A stretch of DNA of 64,000 bases from Heptranchias perlo (Eukaryota), in contig NW_027139442.1 in the NCBI RefSeq assembly GCF_035084215.1, positions 4,526,001-4,590,000 on the forward strand, in the 5' to 3' direction. Under the pieces are notes generated by a model. It was not told where the DNA came from. It worked only from the letters and a program-made list of their open reading frames with translations, and made no database searches. Numbering within the stretch: position 1 is the first letter of the stretch; every line of letters begins with the position of its first letter. Of this stretch, positions 60,635 through 64,000 are shown one piece after another. The translations under genes were made by a program, and so were the position numbers.

Positions 60635-61170
60635 AGATATAGAATAATGGATACCCGGGAGTAAGTTACAGGCTGGAATCTAATCGAGGGGTTCATTGGG
60701 AGGGGGGGGGGGGGGTGAGGGGCTGTTATATATAGTATAACAGATATCCGGGACTGAGATACATGCTGGAATCTAATCAAGAGGTTCAGGTGGTTTATAT
60801 ATCGAATAACAGTTATGTGGCATTGAGTTACAGGCTGGAATAAAATCGACGGGGTCGGGGGGTTTATACATTGAATAACAGATACCCGGGAGTGGGTTAT
60901 AGGATGGATTCTAATCGAGTGGTTTGGTTTGTTTATATATAGAATAACAGATACCCGGGTGTTAGTTACAAGCTGGAATCTAATCGAGGCGTTCGGGGTT
61001 TTATATATCGAATAACAGATACCCGCGACTGAGTTACAGACTGGAATCTAATCGAGGGGTTCGGGTGCTTTACATTTATATAAAATAATGGATACCCAGG
61101 CGTGAGTTACAGGCTGGAATCAAATCGAGGGGTTTGGGGATTTTATATATGGAATAACAGATACCCTGGA
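60635..61170. repeat. ~65-70-bp satellite-like tandem repeat
   Basis: Unit TATATATAGAATAACAGATACCCGGGAGTGAGTTACAGGCTGGAATCTAATCGAGGGGTTCGGGG, ~8 diverged copies. Confidence 0.9.
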
Positions 61171-61349
61171 GATAGGTCGTGAAGTTCAATGTATCAACGC
61201 AAACTTTTCTTTCCTCCAGTCCTGAAATTGGGTTTGGTCTCTATGGAAACAATGGAATTAATGTTGCGAGATGCCAGGCGTCATATTCACTCCAAATGTG
61301 AACCACACCCTGCTAACCATGGAGACCCTGGTGAGAGAGACAGTGGGAG

Positions 61350-61826
61350 GCACACTTTCCCCTATCATGAACTCCACCAAACCCATTTATACTCCACGTA
61401 CAGACCATTTACACTTTCCCGTATCATGGACTCTACCCACCCATTAAATCTCTCACAGTCATTGTAGGCTCTCCCCTATCATGGACTCTACAGACTCATT
61501 TAATGTCCTTCCGCAGCCAATGTACACTCTCCCCAATCATGGACTCTACCCACCCATCTAATCTCCTGTCACCGTCCAAGTACACTCTCCCCTATCATTG
61601 ACTCTACCCACCCATTTAATCTCCTTCCACAGCCCATGAACACTCTCGCGTATGATGGACTCGAGCAACCAATTCATCTTCTCCCAAAGCCCATGTGCAC
61701 TTTCCCCTATCATGGACACTACTCATCCATGTAATCTCCTCCCAGACCCCATGTACACTTTCCCCTATCATAGACTCTACCCACCCAATGAATCTCCTCC
61801 GACAGCCCATATACACTCTCCCCTAT
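61350..61826. repeat. ~58-bp tandem repeat, ~8 copies
   Basis: Unit ACACTCTCCCCTATCATGGACTCTACCCACCCATTTAATCTCCTCCCACAGCCCATGT. Confidence 0.88.
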
Positions 61827-61827
61827 A

Positions 61828-63550
61828 TAAGAACATAAGAAATACGAGCAGGAGTAAGCCATGAGGCCCCTCGAGCCTGGTCCACCATTTACTGAGATTG
61901 TGGCTGATCTTCCGCCTCAACTCCACGATCCCGCCCGATCCCCATATAGCTTGATTCCCTTACAGTCCAAAAGTATATTAACTTCAGTCTTGAATATCGA
62001 CTCGGCATCCTCAGCCCTCTGGGGTAGAGAAATCCAAAGATTCACAACCCTCTGAGTGAAGAAATTCCTCCTCATCTCAGTCTTAAACGGCCGACCCCTT
62101 ATCCTGTGAAATTGCCCTCTCGTTCTCGACTCTCCAGCCAGATGAATCAAATTCTCAGCATCTACCCTGTCAAGCCCACTCAGAATCTTATAAGTTTCAT
62201 TGAGATCACCTCTCATTCTTCTAAACTCCAGAGAGTAAAGGCCCATTCGACTCAACCTCTCCTCATAGGACAACCCTCTCATCCCAGGAATTAATCTATT
62301 GAACCTTTGTTGCACCGCCGCTAAGACAAGTATATGCTTCCTTAGATAAGGAGACAAAAACTTTATGCAGTAGTCTAGGTGAGGTATCACCAATGCCCTG
62401 TACAATTATAGTAAGACTTCGTTACTCTTGTACTCCAACCGAATTGCAATAAAGGCCAACATACCATTTGCTTTCCCAATTGCCTGCTGTACCTGCATAC
62501 TAACTTTCTATGCTTCTTGTACCAGATCACTCAAGTCTCGCTGAACACCAACATTTAATAGTTTCGCACCATTTAAAACAAATTCGTTTTTTTTCTATTC
62601 TTCCCACCAAAGTGAATAACCTCACATTTCCCCACATTATACTGCCACCTTCTTGCCCACTCACTTAATCTCTCTGTATCCCTTTGCAGACTCTTTGTGT
62701 CCTCCTCACAGCTTACTTTTTCCACCTTGCTTTGTATCGTCAGCAAACATGGATACACTACATTCGGTCTCTTCATCTAATCATTAATATAGATTGTAAA
62801 TAGCTGAGGCCCAAGCACTGATCCTTGTGGGACCCCAATAGTTACAGCCTGCCAATCTGAGGATGACGCATTTATCCCTACTCTCTGTTTCTTTCCGTTA
62901 ACCAATCCTCTTTCTATGAAAATGTGTTACCCCCAACCCCATGAGCCCTTACGTTTTGTAACAAACTTTTATGTGGCACCTTATCGAATGCCTTTTGAAA
63001 ATCCAAATATACAACATCCATTAGTTCCCCTTTATCCACCCTGCTAGTTACATCCTCAAAATGCTCTAATAAGTTTGTTAAACACGATTTCCCTTTCATA
63101 AAAACATGTTGACTCTGCCCAATCATATTATGATTTTCTAAGTTCCCTGATAGCACTTCCATAATAATGTATTCCAGCATTTTTCCGACGACTGAAGTCA
63201 GGCTAACTGATTTGTAGCTCCCTGTTTTCTCTCTCCCTCCTTTCTTGCATAGCGGGGTAACATTTGCTACCGTCAAGTCCGCTGGGACCGTTCTAGAATC
63301 TAGTCAATTCTGGAAGATCAAAACCAATGCATCCAACACCTCTGCAGCCACCTCTTTCAGAACCCTAGGATGTAGGACATCAGGTCCGCGGGATTTGTCG
63401 GCTTTTTGTCCCATTAGTTTGTCCAGTACCTTTCCTGTAGTGATATTAATTGTTTTAATTTCCTCGCTCTCATTTACCTCTTGATTCCCAACTATTTCTG
63501 GTATGCTTTTCGTGGCTTCTACTCTGAAACGGATACAAAATATTTGTTTA
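61828..63550 (-). mobile_element. CR1 LINE ORF2 3' half
   Basis: ANVTPL.KKGGREK, KSCLTNLLE.FEDVT, VVYLDFQKAFDKVPH and C-terminal domain. Confidence 0.9.
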
Positions 63551-63569
63551 TTTTACAGTCAAGGTCAAA

Positions 63570-63850
63570 GAAAAGAAAGAACTTGGATTCATATCACAGC
63601 TTTCACAGCCTCAGGACATCCCAAAGGACATCACTTGTGTTATCCGTGGCTCAGAGGGTTGCACTCTCACCTTTGGGTCAAGCCCCACTCCAGAGGCTTG
63701 AGCACATAATCCAGGCTGACAGTCTCGGTGCCAGTACTGAGGGAGTGTTGCACTGTCAGAGGTGCCATCTTTTGGATGAGACGTTAAACCACAGTGGGAT
63801 TTGAACCAACTTTCTGACTCAGAGGTGAGAGTGCCACCATTGATGCAAGG
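63570..63850. mobile_element. tRNA-derived SINE fragments (nested, both orientations)
   Basis: GTGGCTCAG..GGT..CACTCTCACC head, GTACTGAGGGAGTG.TGCACTGTCAGAGGTGCC...GGATGAGACGTTAAACC core, and an inverted head at ~63795-63845. Confidence 0.6.
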
Positions 63851-64000
63851 GTTGTCAGTTGATTTAATGCATTAAGTAAATTAGATCAGGTCTAACAAGG
63901 CAACATAACATTTTTAATCAGACAAACCTCTGACAGAGGGTTTGGTTGAATTAGTAACCATTATTAATCAAATTCGACTTATTCATTAGCTCTCGAAATC

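Overview
Eukaryotic, repeat-dense genomic DNA, very probably from a shark or other cartilaginous fish. This is inferred from the CR1/L2 LINEs, Deu-type SINEs, Penelope-type termini and GPR139-like receptors. Most ORFs in the track are LINE debris. Real genic content: (1) a minus-strand Ig-superfamily receptor gene, with a leader exon at 21419-21530 and six intact phase-1 Ig exons at 12543->130, running off the left edge; four of these exons are tandem duplicates. (2) Two intact two-exon, 319-aa GPR139/142-like class A GPCR paralogues (35779->31707 minus, 54228->57600 plus) on the arms of a large inverted duplication (~27.6-36.0 kb versus ~54.0-60.4 kb). Each arm also carries a CpG-island promoter and one decaying Tectonic (TCTN3-like) exon. 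(3) An ~18 kb spacer between the arms containing CR1 LINEs, a decayed tRNA-Ala/Gly array and a dead Tx1-type retrotransposon. (4) A second ~1.3 kb inverted duplication upstream of the Ig gene. Highlights: the two GPCRs differ mainly on their ligand-facing surfaces. A Penelope-type insertion in one GPCR intron has a 14-bp TSD confirmed by the empty paralogous site and carries a minimal hammerhead ribozyme; only the copy in the host-sense orientation has core mutations. Repeat boundaries are approximate, and all family assignments are from recognition, not database searches.
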